Source of the DNA: an uncultured Planctomycetaceae bacterium
GTDB taxonomy: Bacteria; Planctomycetota; Planctomycetia; Isosphaerales; Isosphaeraceae
Reading direction: 5' to 3'
DNA: 64,000 nt
NCBI GenBank assembly: GCA_963833985.1
Contig: CAWIAD010000001.1
Span: 3,424,001-3,488,000 of the forward strand
The notes beneath the pieces were generated by a model, which searched no databases, was not told the origin of the DNA, and saw nothing but the letters and a program-made list of their open reading frames with translations. A program made the position numbers and the translations under genes. Positions 30,541 to 41,547 of this stretch are shown here, piece after piece. Numbering within the stretch: the stretch's first letter is position 1; each line of letters opens with the position of its first letter.

Positions 30541-32270
30541 ATGACGCGAATCGGGAAAACGATGCTGCTTGCGGGAACGATAGCGCTTCCGCTTGGAGGT
30601 TTTGCTGCCGCGCAGGAGACCGGCGGGGGTGGCGGCGCGGGACCGCGGCAAATGTGCCGATACCGACGGTCAGCCAATCGATGCTCAACAACGCCGCGAG
30701 CGACAGCAAGAACTTCCTGGCCACCAACGGCAACTACAATCAAACCCGCTTCCATCCTGCCAGTCAGATCACGACGTCAAACGTCAAAAACCTGCACGTC
30801 GCCTGGATTTTCCAGACCGACGTCAAGGAATCGACGGAGACCTCGCCGATCATTGTCAACGGCGTGATGTATGTCACCACCTCGTTCGACCACGTCTATG
30901 CGCTGAACGCGCAGACCGGCGAGCAGCTCTGGCACTACAAGCACGACATGGGTCCGATCACGGTCTATTGCTGCGGGCCAAACAATCGCGGCGTTGCGGT
31001 GCTCGGCGACAAAGTTTATCTCGCCACCCTTGACGCGAAACTCGTCGCGCTCGATGCCAAGACCGGCAAGCCGGTGTGGTCGCAGCAGATCGCCGATCCA
31101 TCGCTCGGCTACAGCGAGACCATGGCGCCGACGGCCGTCGACGGAAAAATCCTGGTCGGCACCAACGGCGGCGAATACGGCATCCGTGGCTTCGTCAAGG
31201 CGTATGACGCCAACGATGGCAAGCTATTGTGGACGTTCGAGACAATTCCCGAGAACTCAGCCGGCGTTTGGGCGACCAAAGACGCCACCGGTCGCGACAT
31301 GCATCGCGACATTGCCGCCGAGAAGGATACGCTGGCCAAGAACGGCGATCCCTACAAAACGCTCGGCGGTGGCGTGTGGCAGAATCCGTCAGTGGACCTC
31401 GCCACGAAGCGCATCTATTTCGTGGTCGGCAATCCGTCGCCCGATCTCGATGGCGCCATACGACCCGGCGACAACCTCTATACCGACTCGCTGGTTTCGG
31501 TTGATCTCGATACCGGCAAGCTCGCCTGCTACTTCCAGTATGTCCCGCACGACGTCTGGGATCTCGACGCCGTGAGCCCGACCGTCCTCGTCAGCGCCAA
31601 GGATAAGGGCGGCAAGACCGTTCCCGCCGTGCTGCATGCCGGCAAGACCGGATACATCTATGTGCACGATCGCAAGGATTGCAGCCTGATCCGCTTCTCC
31701 GAACCGATGGTGTCGCAAAAGGACCGGTGGGTGCTGCCGACGCCGACCCAGCCGCTCGATGCGAAGTCGGCGCGCATGTTCCCGGGCGCCAATGGCGGCG
31801 TGGAATGGTCGCCGATAGCGACCAACCCGGGTCTCAACCTGGCCTATGCAATTAATCTCGAGCAGGAGATGACCTACACCGTAGCGAGCGCCCCGTATCC
31901 CGACGGCAAGCTCTGGCTCGGGGGCGCCTTCACGAACGTGCCCGGCGGTATCCAGGCCGGCAACGTGACGGCGGTCGACTACGACACCGGCAAGATCAAA
32001 TGGCAGGTGAAAACGCCGCAGCCGATGATCGGCGGCATCCTTGCGACGGCCGGCGGTGTCGTGTTCGCCGGCGAGAGCAACGGCTGGTTCAAAGCCTATG
32101 ACGCCAAAAACGGCAACGTTCTCTGGAAGTTCCAAGCGGGCGCCGGCGTCAATGCGCCGCCATCGTCCTATACGGTCGGCGGCAAGCAGTTTGTCGTGGT
32201 GGCGGCTGGCGGCAACGTGCAGGTCGATTCCAAGCGCGGCAACAGCATCGTCGCCTTTACTTTGGACTGA
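30541..32270 (+). CDS. PQQ-dependent dehydrogenase, methanol/ethanol superfamily (frameshift near 30630)
   Basis: RBS GGAGG; signal peptide; tryptophan-docking repeats ([33 protein letters not shown]), vicinal [22 protein letters not shown]. Confidence 0.92.
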
Positions 32271-32358
32271 CTAAACCGGTTAGCTTGGACCGATTGGATG
32301 ATCGTGAGGACGGGACCGGCAACGGCCCCGTCCGATTTTTGTGGGGACGCTTGGTCGA

Positions 32359-32934
32359 ATGAGAAGATTGTCGGTTCTGTTGGCTCTCGCGCTTACGATT
32401 CCCTCAGCCGCGGCCCACGCCGAAAGCATCGAAGAAAAGGCGCAAGTCTGCGCGGCCTGCCACGGCGAGAACGGTGTGCCGCCGCAGCAGGTCATCCCGG
32501 TGCCACTCATTTGGGGGCAAAATCTAGGCTACCTTTTCTTCCAATTGCGGGATTTCAAATCCGGCGCACGCAAGAACGATCAAATGACGCCCATCGTGGA
32601 GGCACTTGAGCGCGACGATCTGATGCCGCTGGCGCAATATTTCGCAAAAAAAACATGGCCCAACCTGCAGCAACCGCACGCGACGGCGGACCAGGCGGTA
32701 TTGGCGCAGCGTGCCAATGCTTCCGTCGTTTGCACCAGTTGCCATCAGCAGGGATTTATCGGCGACGGCACCCAGCCGCGGCTTGCCGGCCAGGAGCGAG
32801 GTTACCTGGACAAGACGATGACTGACTTCCGCAGCGGCGTCCGCAGCAACAATCCAGGCATGCACGATCTCATGCTGGCGATCTCGGAAAAGGACATCGC
32901 CGCGTTGGCGACCTGGCTTGGTGGAATGAGATGA
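32359..32934 (+). CDS. Di-heme cytochrome c (c4/c553-like)
   Basis: Signal peptide; CAACH and CTSCH heme motifs, PRLAGQ, distal Met residues. Confidence 0.9.
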   Translation: MRRLSVLLALALTIPSAAAHAESIEEKAQVCAACHGENGVPPQQVIPVPLIWGQNLGYLFFQLRDFKSGARKNDQMTPIVEALERDDLMPLAQYFAKKTWPNLQQPHATADQAVLAQRANASVVCTSCHQQGFIGDGTQPRLAGQERGYLDKTMTDFRSGVRSNNPGMHDLMLAISEKDIAALATWLGGMR

Positions 32935-33865
32935 CTACCGGCTGAGCAGCGCCCGGACCTCGGCGTTCGTCGCCAGATCGGCCGCCGTCTTGCCCTCTTT
33001 ATCCCTCAGCGCGCGGTCGGCGCCGTGCTGGATGAGGATGTCGACAGTCGCCGCATCGCCAAGCGAGGCGGCGATCATCAGCGCGGTGCGGCCGCGATTA
33101 TCGGCGGCGTCGAGCATGGCGCCGCGCGCAACGAGAAGATCGACGACGCGCTCGACAGCGCCGGCGCCGACGCCCTCGTCATGACCGGCGGTCCACATGA
33201 GCGCGGTGAGGTCGTTGCCGTAACGCTCGCGCGGATCGACACCGGCATCAAGCAGCCGCCGCACGATGTCGTCGAAGCCGCGCGACGCAGCATAAACGAT
33301 CGCTGTCTTGCCGGTCGTGTCGCGCACTTTCGGATCGGCGCCGTGGGCGAGAAGAGTTCTCGACGATGCGGTCGTTGCCCTTGAACGACGCGGCGATGAG
33401 CGCCGTGAGACCGGAGCGGCCGGTGAGGTTCGGGTCGGCGCCATCGGACAGCAACAGGGCGACGGTGGAATGCTTTTCGGCTTCGGCTGCAGCGAACAAC
33501 GCCGTGCCGCCATCGACATTGCGGGCGTCGATCGGCGCGCCTTTGGCGAGAAACAATTCGACGAGCTTCCGGTGGCCGCCGCGCGCGGCGTGGGTAAGCG
33601 GCATGGCGCCGCGGCGGTCGCGCGCCAGCAACGACGCTCCGGCATCCAGGAGCTTGCTCGCCAACGCTTCGCAACCCCGGTCGGCCGCCGCGAACAGCGC
33701 GATGTTGATCTGCACCGACACGGCCTCGGCTTTGACCAGATCGTAGTTGCGCTCGATCTCGCCGCAGTCCTGGTCGGCACGCGGCTTTTGGGCTTGCGCG
33801 TGCGCCGAAGGGATTGCGGCGAGCGCCAGCGCACAGGCGAGGGCGCGGAGAAGAAGCGGAGTCAT
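32935..33865 (-). CDS. Exported ankyrin-repeat protein (frameshift near 33358)
   Basis: Signal peptide; repeats GAMPLTHAARGGH, GGTALFAAA, GLTALIAAS, GKTAIVYAA, GRTALMIAA. Confidence 0.88.
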
Positions 33866-33874
33866 GGTGCAATT

Positions 33875-33907
33875 GTAGCCCGGATTGAGCGGAGCGAAAT
33901 CCGGGAT
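33875..33907 (+). repeat. GTAG-type REP immediately upstream of the RAYT gene
   Basis: GTAG-CCCGGATT-GAGCGGAGCGA-AATCCGGG-AT palindrome. Confidence 0.85.
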
Positions 33908-33918
33908 AGTCTAGACGC

Positions 33919-34446
33919 ATGGTACGCTACCGGCGAAATTTCCTTGCAGGCGGCACGTTCTTCTTCACGGCGACGCTCGCGGATCGAACGTCGAGCGGGC
34001 TGACCGATCACGTCGCGGCCCTGCGCTCGGCGGTGCAGCTAACGCGACGGCAACACCCATTCACGATCGACGCGGTTGTGGTGTTGCCCGATCACCTCCA
34101 CATCATCATGACATTGCCGCAGGGGGATGCAGATTTCCCAACGCGATGGCAATTAATCAAACGTCGGTTTACAGCCGCCGTCGCCAAGGCGGGTTCTCCA
34201 GTCCTGCGCCACAGAAATGGAGAATATGCGCTCTGGCAGCGGCGGTTCTGGGAGCACTCGATCCGGGACCAAAAAGATTTCGAGCGGCACGTCGACTACA
34301 TCCATTTTAATCCCGTCAAGCACGGGTTGGTCGCCAGAGTGCGCGATTGGCCGTACTCGTCGTTTCATCGCTACGTGCGGCGGGGAATATTGCCGGAGGA
34401 TTGGGGCGGAGATTTGGGGCAAGTCCGTGGAAATTTCGGCGAATGA
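33919..34446 (+). mobile_element. REP-associated tyrosine transposase (RAYT, Y1/HUH)
   Basis: GGTFFFT, VVLPDHLH (HUH), LWQRRFWEH, HVDYIHFNPVKHG (catalytic Tyr), WPYSSFH; flanked by REPs. Confidence 0.92.
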
Positions 34447-34958
34447 TCGCAGCGCGGATAGAGCGAGCTGAATCCGGGATCAGCGTTGAGGGCGTAAGAT
34501 CACCCCGGGTTTCGCTCTGCTCAACCCGGGCTACGGTTGCTTTCGCTTAGAGCGGTGAACTTTAACTTCGGCGAATGATCGTAGCCCGGATTGAACGAAG
34601 TGAAATCCGGGATCAGCGTTGACGGCGTAAGATCATCCCCGGGTTTCGCTCTGCTCGGCCTGGGCTACGGTTGCTTGCGCTTTGAGCGGCGAACTTTAAC
34701 TTCGGCGAATGATCGCAGCGCGGATAGAGCGAGCTGAATCCGGGATCAGCGTTGACGGCGTAAGATCACCCCCGGGTTTCGCTCTGCTCAACCCGGGCTA
34801 CGGTTGCTTGCTACGGTTGCTTGCGCTTTGAGCGGTGAACTTTAACTTCGGCGAATGATCGTAGCCCGGATTGAACGAAGTGAAATCCGGGATCAGCGTC
34901 GACGGCGCAAGATCATCCCGGGGTTTCGCTCTGCTCAACCCGGGCTACGGTTGCTTGC
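34435..34958. repeat. BIME/REPIN-like array: four units of about 132-146 bp, each an inverted REP doublet, alternating A-B-A-B
   Basis: Units start TTCGGCGAATGATC at 34435, 34567, 34701 and 34847; each has a left REP, a conserved spacer CAGCGTTGA(C/G)GGCGTAAGATCA, and a right REP CCCGGGTTTCGCTCTGCTCAACCCGGG-CTAC. Confidence 0.92.
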
Positions 34959-35057
34959 GGAGGAGGGCCGCAGGTTAACGCATCGTCAACCGTGCGGCAG
35001 CGTCAACGTGCTCTTAAGCTTGGCGGGCTAAACAGGCTATGTAGTGGATCCGAACAC

Positions 35058-35255
35058 ATGGACCTTAGTCTCGTTACAGCGATCATGGGCGCCCAGACCG
35101 GCATGATGCAGCTTGCCGTGGCGGCGCGGCTCGCGCGCATGAATGCCGACCAGGGCGCCTCAGTGGCAAATCTGGTCAATGCCGCGCAGCAGAATTTCGG
35201 CCCGCTGGCCAATGTTGCGGCCGGTATCGGAACAAACCTCGACGTCACAGCATAG
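35058..35255 (+). CDS. Small conserved hypothetical protein (YjfB/putative motility protein-like)
   Basis: MDLSLVTAIMGAQTGMMQLAVAARLARMNAD...GIGTNLDVTA; the C-terminal GxxLDxxA is typical of the family. Confidence 0.6.
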   Translation: MDLSLVTAIMGAQTGMMQLAVAARLARMNADQGASVANLVNAAQQNFGPLANVAAGIGTNLDVTA

Positions 35256-36453
35256 GTTCGTTGACCCGAGCGGGGTTTGGGCTCGCAAACACGATGACCA
35301 GTCCGATGAGGGCGGTCGCGCCCATCACGATGTAGATCGGCAGCGTGCTTGACGAACGCAGCAAGCCGACGCCGGTCGAAGATAGCGCGCCAATTCCCAT
35401 TTGCAGAAAACCAAGCAGAGCGGCGGCGCTGCCAACATTCTTGCTGAACGGCGCCAGCGCGATCGCTGCGGCGTTCGGATAGGCAATGCCGCAGAACGGC
35501 AGATACAAAAACAGCAGCCCAACGTTTGCCGCCAAGCCGTACCAGCCGAACCAAGTGCCGATCACGATCGCCAGCATAATGACGTTCTGGCAGATCAACG
35601 CGGCTCGAAAAATATTTTTGTCCTGATGCCGTCGCGATAGCCAGATGTTCAATTGGCTTCCGCCGATGAAGCCGCCGGCGAGCAAAGCGAAAATCATCCC
35701 GTAGGTGCGCGGGCCGACGTTAAACGTGTCGATGAAGATGATCGGTGAGCCGGCAACGTAGACGAACAACCCAGCGAACGAGAAAGCGCCGCCGACGGCG
35801 TACGTGTAAAACTGCGGATGGCCGAAAACCCTGCCAAATCCGGCAAGAACGGCGCGGGGCCGCAGCGAGATATCGGGGTTGGCTTTGCGCCCTTCGGGAA
35901 GAAGAGTCCCGATAAGGACGATCAGCACCAGGGCAAATCCGGCGAGAAGGACGAATATCCAGCGCCAACCGATAGTGGTGGCGAACAGACTGCCGATCGA
36001 GGGTGCGAACAGCGGCGAGACGCTCAAAATCAGGATCAGCAGGGAAAGAATCCTGGCGCTTTCCTGCACTGGAAAGAAATCGCGCACCATGGAGATAGCG
36101 CCGACCTGTGCGACGCACCCGCCCAACGCTTGCAGCAGGCGGAACGCGACGAACAGACCAGGCGAACGCGCGGCGATGCAGCCGAACGAAGCCACGATGA
36201 ACAGGCTCAAGCCACCGTAAAGCGGCCTTTTGCGGCCGAAGCGGTCCAGCAGCGGTCCATAGAAAAGCTGCCCCAGCGCCAGCCCGATGAAATAGCCGGA
36301 TACCGAGAACGAAATCGCCGCCGGCGTCGTGCCGAGATCTTGCGCGATCTCCAGGAAAGCCGGCAGGTACATGTCGACGGAAAAGGGACTCACCGTGCTC
36401 ATCGCACCGAGAATGAGAATGATGAGCAGATTGCCGCGGTGCGAGCGTGTCAT
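35245..36453 (-). CDS. Bcr/CflA family multidrug efflux MFS transporter
   Basis: PFSVDMYLPAF, GQLFYGPLLDRFGRKRPL, RLLQALGG, APSIG. Confidence 0.92.
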   Translation of the reverse strand: MTRSHRGNLLIILILGAMSTVSPFSVDMYLPAFLEIAQDLGTTPAAISFSVSGYFIGLALGQLFYGPLLDRFGRKRPLYGGLSLFIVASFGCIAARSPGLFVAFRLLQALGGCVAQVGAISMVRDFFPVQESARILSLLILILSVSPLFAPSIGSLFATTIGWRWIFVLLAGFALVLIVLIGTLLPEGRKANPDISLRPRAVLAGFGRVFGHPQFYTYAVGGAFSFAGLFVYVAGSPIIFIDTFNVGPRTYGMIFALLAGGFIGGSQLNIWLSRRHQDKNIFRAALICQNVIMLAIVIGTWFGWYGLAANVGLLFLYLPFCGIAYPNAAAIALAPFSKNVGSAAALLGFLQMGIGALSSTGVGLLRSSSTLPIYIVMGATALIGLVIVFASPNPARVNEPML

Positions 36454-36532
36454 GGTCTGATCGGATTTCGGATAGTGGCGGGTGTGGGGCGGCGCAGAAC
36501 CTTCCTAACACGAGAAAGGTTTGCTCGGCCGG

Positions 36533-37202
36533 TCACTGACCGCCGATTGCGGCGCTTATCAGCTTCACGCCGTCGGGGCTCGACCATTCCGCTGGTCCGG
36601 CCATCTCGCCGATCTCGCAGCCTGACGGGTCGATGACCAGCGTCGTCGGCATGCCGAAGGCCTTGCCGGCGAGCTTTAGCTCCTGAAATACCTTCGCGCT
36701 GCGGTCGGCAAAGTAGGCAAGGTGCGTCACGCCGATGTTCTTGAGAAAGGCCAGCGGCTTTTCCGGGTCGCGGGTGTCGATGTTGATCGCGACGACCTGA
36801 AAGTTCGGTCCGCCCATGCTGCTTTCGAGGGCGTCGAGCGCCGGCATTTCCTTGCGGCAGGGTACGCACCACGTCGCCCAAAGGTTGAGGAGCACGGTAC
36901 GGCCGCGCCAATCGCTGAGCTTGCGATCGTGCCCGTCGGCGTCCTTGAAAGCGAGATCGGGCACCAGGAAGGGCTTTTGCGCCGGCGTCAGGGCCGCGAC
37001 CTCTCCTTGCGCCAGCGGCGCGATCCGAGCCGCGGTCTTGACCGCCGGCTCACAGGCAGCAACGGCCGGATTGCCTCGCAGGCGCTCCATCCCGTATACC
37101 CCCGCCAGCACGACTCGCGGCCGCGATTGCGCACCAAACCGCGACGGCGATCACGCGGCGGCGGCGCACCTTGTAGTACGGCTCGGCAGACGGCTCGGTC
37201 AT
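36533..37202 (-). CDS. tlpA: Thiol:disulfide interchange protein TlpA (frameshift near 37115)
   Basis: [30 protein letters not shown]; divergent from argH. Confidence 0.88.
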
Positions 37203-37232
37203 TGGCGGAAGAACCTCGGCAGCGAACGCATC

Positions 37233-38615
37233 ATGAGCAACAAAATGTGGGGCGGACGCTTCGGGTCCGGGCCCGATCCGATCATGGAGGAGATCAACGC
37301 CTCGATTGATTTTGACCGCCACCTGTACCGGCAGGACATTGCCGCTAGCAAGGCCCATACGGCGATGCTCGCGAAAAAAGGCATCATCGCGGCGCAAGAT
37401 GCAAAGCGCATCGCTCACGGTCTAGACACGATCCTGTCAGAGATCGAAGCCGGCAAGTTCGAGTTCAAGCGTGCGCTCGAAGATATTCATATGAACGTCG
37501 AGAGCCGGCTCGGCGAGCTGATCGGCCCGACGGCGGGGCGGTTGCATACCGCGCGCTCGCGCAACGATCAGGTTGCGACCGATTTCCGGCTCTGGGTCCG
37601 CGACTCGATCGACAAAATTGACGCAGCTTTGGCCGCATACCAGCGCGCGCTCGCCGAAAAAGCTCTCGAACATGCGGCAACGGTGATGCCGGGATTCACG
37701 CACCTGCAAACGGCGCAGCCCGTCACGCTCGGCCACCATTTGCTTGCTTATGTCGAGATGGCAGCGCGCGACCGCGGCCGTTTCGCCGACGCGCGCGAAA
37801 GGCTCAACGAAAGCCCGCTCGGCTCGGGCGCGCTTGCCGGTACGTCGTTTCCGCTCGATCGCACCATGACGGCGAAGGCGCTCGGTTTCGCGCGCCCAAC
37901 GGCGAACTCGCTCGACGCCGTCGCCGATCGCGATTTTGTGCTGGAAGCGTTGTCGGCGTGCGCCATCGCCGCCGTGCATCTATCTCGGTTCGCCGAGGAG
38001 ATCGTGATCTGGTCGTCGCCGCTCGTCGGATTTATAGGTCTCTCGGACGCCTTCACGACCGGCTCGTCGATGATGCCGCAAAAGCGCAATCCCGACGCGG
38101 CGGAACTCGTTCGCGCCAAAACCGGCCGCGTGGTCGGTGCGCTTACCGGGCTCCTGGTGGTGCTGAAGGGATTGCCGCTCGCCTATCAGAAAGACATGCA
38201 GGAGGACAAGGAAGGCACGATCGACGCGTTCGCCGCGCTGGCGCAGTCCGTTGCGGCGATGACCGGCATGGTGCGCGATATGGAGCCCGACGCGGCGCGG
38301 ATGCGGCAGGCGGCCGGCGATGGCTACGCCACTGCCACCGATCTTGCCGACTGGCTGGTGCGCGCTCTCAAGCTGCCGTTCCGCGAGGCCCACCATGTTA
38401 CCGGCCGGATTGTTGCGAAGGCGGCCGAGGACGGTGTCACCCTCGACAAGTTACCGCTTGAGGCCATGCAGGCTATTGAGCCGCGCATCGGCAAGGCCGT
38501 CTTTGGCGTGCTTTCGGTCGATCAATCGGTGAAAAGCCGTGCTGTTTTTGGCGGAACCGCGCCGAAAAACGTCCAAGCGCAGGCTAAACGCTGGCTGAAA
38601 CGGCTTAAGGCCTGA
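37233..38615 (+). CDS. argH: Argininosuccinate lyase
   Basis: [48 protein letters not shown]. Confidence 0.96.
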   Translation: MSNKMWGGRFGSGPDPIMEEINASIDFDRHLYRQDIAASKAHTAMLAKKGIIAAQDAKRIAHGLDTILSEIEAGKFEFKRALEDIHMNVESRLGELIGPTAGRLHTARSRNDQVATDFRLWVRDSIDKIDAALAAYQRALAEKALEHAATVMPGFTHLQTAQPVTLGHHLLAYVEMAARDRGRFADARERLNESPLGSGALAGTSFPLDRTMTAKALGFARPTANSLDAVADRDFVLEALSACAIAAVHLSRFAEEIVIWSSPLVGFIGLSDAFTTGSSMMPQKRNPDAAELVRAKTGRVVGALTGLLVVLKGLPLAYQKDMQEDKEGTIDAFAALAQSVAAMTGMVRDMEPDAARMRQAAGDGYATATDLADWLVRALKLPFREAHHVTGRIVAKAAEDGVTLDKLPLEAMQAIEPRIGKAVFGVLSVDQSVKSRAVFGGTAPKNVQAQAKRWLKRLKA

Positions 38616-38730
38616 ATAGGGCAACGGCGAATAACGGGCTGGCAAGGTGTTGCCGCCAAAATCTCGCCGCGCCGATGCGATGTGCTATACTGGTTTTTGG
38701 AACTCGCTGCGGGTCTGGGGAGCGGTTTTT

Positions 38731-39038
38731 TTGGCCTTCGATCGTCCAAATATCGGTTTCGCGCTGGCGCTGCTCGGCGCTGGCCGCCTTTGGGCTGGCG
38801 GCATGCGGGCGCGCCGGACCGCTGGAATTGCCGCCGGGACCGGCGGTCGGCGTAGCCCCGACAGCGCACTGCCGCGCCGCAACCGTCTCTTATACCTGCC
38901 GGGACGTTAGGCAGTCCTTCCGCCAACGGTCCGTTGTCCCAGGAAGCCGCCCAAAAGAATGGCTTCGATGCCTACGGCAATCCGATCGCTCCCGCCGGTG
39001 AAAAAAGATCGTTTTTCCTCGATTTCCTGCTGCAATAA
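38731..39038 (+). CDS. Small lipoprotein (LptM/LppL-like), multiply frameshifted
   Basis: Lipobox LAACGRAGPLELPP; C-terminus NGFDAYGNPIAPAGEKRSFFLDFLLQ*; located between argH and lysA. Confidence 0.7.
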
Positions 39039-39155
39039 AGCTGCCCGACTTCATCATCCTCAGGTGCGAGCCGGAGCCGTTTGGCGGCCGCCTCGGGATG
39101 ACGGATAAACATTCGCCAACCGCTGCATTGATTCGGGATCATGCTGTTTGCCGGC

Positions 39156-39204
39156 GCATGATCTGTTCGGAAAACCGGTTTCCACTTTTCCGGTTCATGC
39201 TTTA
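39156..39204 (-). repeat. Rhizobiales-type palindromic intergenic element
   Basis: Minus strand TAAAGCATGAACCGGAAAAGTGGAAACCGGTTTTCCGAACAGATCATGC; a homologous copy lies at 48477. Confidence 0.75.
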
Positions 39205-39214
39205 AACACCAGCA

Positions 39215-40481
39215 ATGCATCATTTCGCCTATCGCAACGGCGTGCTGCACGCCGAGGACGTGGATCTTATTGCGCTGGCCGATGTCGTCGGCACGCCCTT
39301 CTATTGCTATGCGACCGCGACGCTCGAGCGGCACTACCGGGTATTTGCCGATGCCTTTGCCGGCGTCGATGCGCTCATCTGCTATGCGATGAAGGCCAAT
39401 TCCAATCAGGCCGTGATCGCGACGCTGGCGCGGCTCGGCGCCGGTGCCGACGTCGTCTCTGAGGGCGAATTGTTGCGGGCGCGAAAAGCCGGCGTCCCGC
39501 CGCAAAAGATCATGTTCTCCGGCGTCGGCAAGACTGCGCACGAGCTTGCGCTCGCGGTCGAGCAAGGCATTCTCTGCGTCAACGTCGAATCCGAGGCGGA
39601 GCTTGAACTTCTCGCCGATATCGCCGCCAGCAAAGGTCGCGCTGCGGATATTTCCATCAGGGTCAATCCTGATGTGGATCCGAGGACGCACGCCAAGATC
39701 GCTACCGGCAAAGCCGAAAATAAATTTGGCATTCCGATCAGCCGTGCCCGCGAAGTCTACGCGCGCGCCGCCAAGCTCAAAGGCGTGCGCGTCGCCGGCG
39801 TCGATATGCACATCGGCAGCCAGATCACGGAGCTCGATCCGTTCAGCGACGCGTTCGCGTTGCTCGCGGATTTCGTCAACGTTCTGCGCGCCGACGGACA
39901 CACCATTCGGCATGTCGATTTGGGCGGTGGTCTTGGTATTCCCTACCGCGAGGACAACGAGCCGCCGCCCGATCCAAATGCCTACGCCGCCGTCGTCAAG
40001 CGCGCGACGCGCGATCTCGGCTGCCAGCTGATCTTCGAGCCGGGCCGCCTGATCGTCGGCAATGCCGGTATCCTGGTTACGCGCGTTCTCTATCTAAAGC
40101 GCGGCGAAGCCAAGACCTTCGTCATCGTCGATGCCGGCATGAACGATCTGGTTCGTCCGACGCTCTATGACGCGCATCACGACATCCGTCCGGTTCGTGA
40201 GGTGGCGGCGGGCGCGCCACGGATCGTCGCGGACGTGGTCGGACCGGTGTGCGAAATTAGGCGATTTCATCGCGCTCGACCGCTCCGTTGTCGAGCCGAA
40301 GGCCGGCGACCTCCTCGCCATCATGAGTGCCGGCGCTTACGGCGCGGTCGAGGCTGGAACCTACAATACCCGCCCGCTCGTGCCGGAAGTGCTCGTCCGC
40401 AATGGCGAGTGGGCGCTGGTGCGGCCGCGCATGACGGCCGAGGAACTCATCGCGCTCGATCGCTTGCCGCAGTGGCTATGA
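39215..40481 (+). CDS. lysA: Diaminopimelate decarboxylase (frameshift near 40258)
   Basis: YAMKANSN, DVVSEGE, HIGSQI, DLGGGLG, EPGRLIV, GPVCE, AGAYGA. Confidence 0.95.
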
Positions 40482-40750
40482 GGCATACGCACGGCAGCCA
40501 TACGGCCGAGTGTCCGCATTGCCGGACCTAAAAGCAGGTCTGCCAAATCCGCCAACCAACAGATTTCGAACGCATCCCGCAGACCCGATTGGTCGGTACG
40601 GATATCCGGTCAATAAAACGGATAAAAATGACCTTAGCGGTTTAGCGAGCGCGTAGCGGCCCCAAGGACAGACTGGCACAAGCACACACACTGGCATGTG
40701 TGGCGTGTGACCGAATGTTCGCAATGCAAGCTGATGAGGGGATAGACGCT

Positions 40751-41080
40751 GTGCCTGACAACGACAGCAAGGATGCGCGAGTCTTTTCGGTGGAAACCAA
40801 TTTCCAGAAGATGGCTCGTCGTCCCGGTGGCATACTGCGCGAGCAGGCGCTGATGAATGCCGAGAAAGAATTGCGGCGCGCATTCAAGCAAAGCAACCGA
40901 TCGTCCAGCGATAAATTGGTGCCGGTCAAACGTCCGGTTCCTGACAAATCGGTGCCGGTCAAACAACCGGTTCTCGATAAATTGGAGCCAGTCGAGCCAG
41001 ACGGTTCGCAAGAAAACGCTGCGGGTGGCGAAGCCGCCGTCGCGCTCGTCGGGCTGGTTGTCGACGGTGTGGCGGCGTAA
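40751..41080 (+). CDS. Hypothetical protein with internal repeat
   Basis: GTG start after GAGGGG; ARVFSVETNFQKMARRPGG...; 11-aa repeat DKLVPVKRPVP. Confidence 0.45.
   Translation: MPDNDSKDARVFSVETNFQKMARRPGGILREQALMNAEKELRRAFKQSNRSSSDKLVPVKRPVPDKSVPVKQPVLDKLEPVEPDGSQENAAGGEAAVALVGLVVDGVAA
40910..40993. repeat. 33-bp tandem repeat (about 2.5 copies)
   Basis: GATAAATTGGTGCCGGTCAAACGTCCGGTTCCT / GACAAATCGGTGCCGGTCAAACAACCGGTTCTC / GATAAATTGGAGCCAGTC. Confidence 0.8.
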
Positions 41081-41547
41081 AATTTGACCAAGTGAAAGTC
41101 CGCGGCCGTTTGGTTGGGCTGCGACTGCACACTCGGCCGACGATCGAATGGATGACGAAGGCTTCGTGGTCGCGGCATGCCGCCGGCCGTAGAAGCGGTC
41201 GGGACCGGTCTGCAAATCACGGCGATTTCATTGCGCGTGGCCGGTCTATGGCCCGGCCGGGACCGGCGACCTCCTCACCATCACGAGCGCCGCGGCCAAA
41301 GGCGCGGTCGGCTCCGGAACCTGCAATGCCCGCCCGCTTGTGCGGAAGCTATTGTTCGTAAAGGCGAATGGGCTCCGGCGCGGCGGCGCGTGAGGGCACA
41401 GAAGCCGATCGCGTTCGATCGCCTGTCCGACTGGCTCTGATTTTGCTTGTCATGCATTGCGGGGTGCGGCTTCCTTTCAGCACCACGCCTTGAACCCGCC
41501 GCCTTGTTAACGTGTTGTCGGGCGGTGATTTCTCCGCGGAGACCTTG

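Noticed and set aside
33919..34446. IS200/IS605 element with TnpB
   Set aside because: No tnpB/iscB follows; the motifs and flanking GTAG REPs indicate a RAYT.
34435..34958. CRISPR array
   Set aside because: Inter-repeat segments are near-identical rather than unique spacers, units are about 130 bp, and there are no cas genes; it fits REP doublets next to a RAYT.
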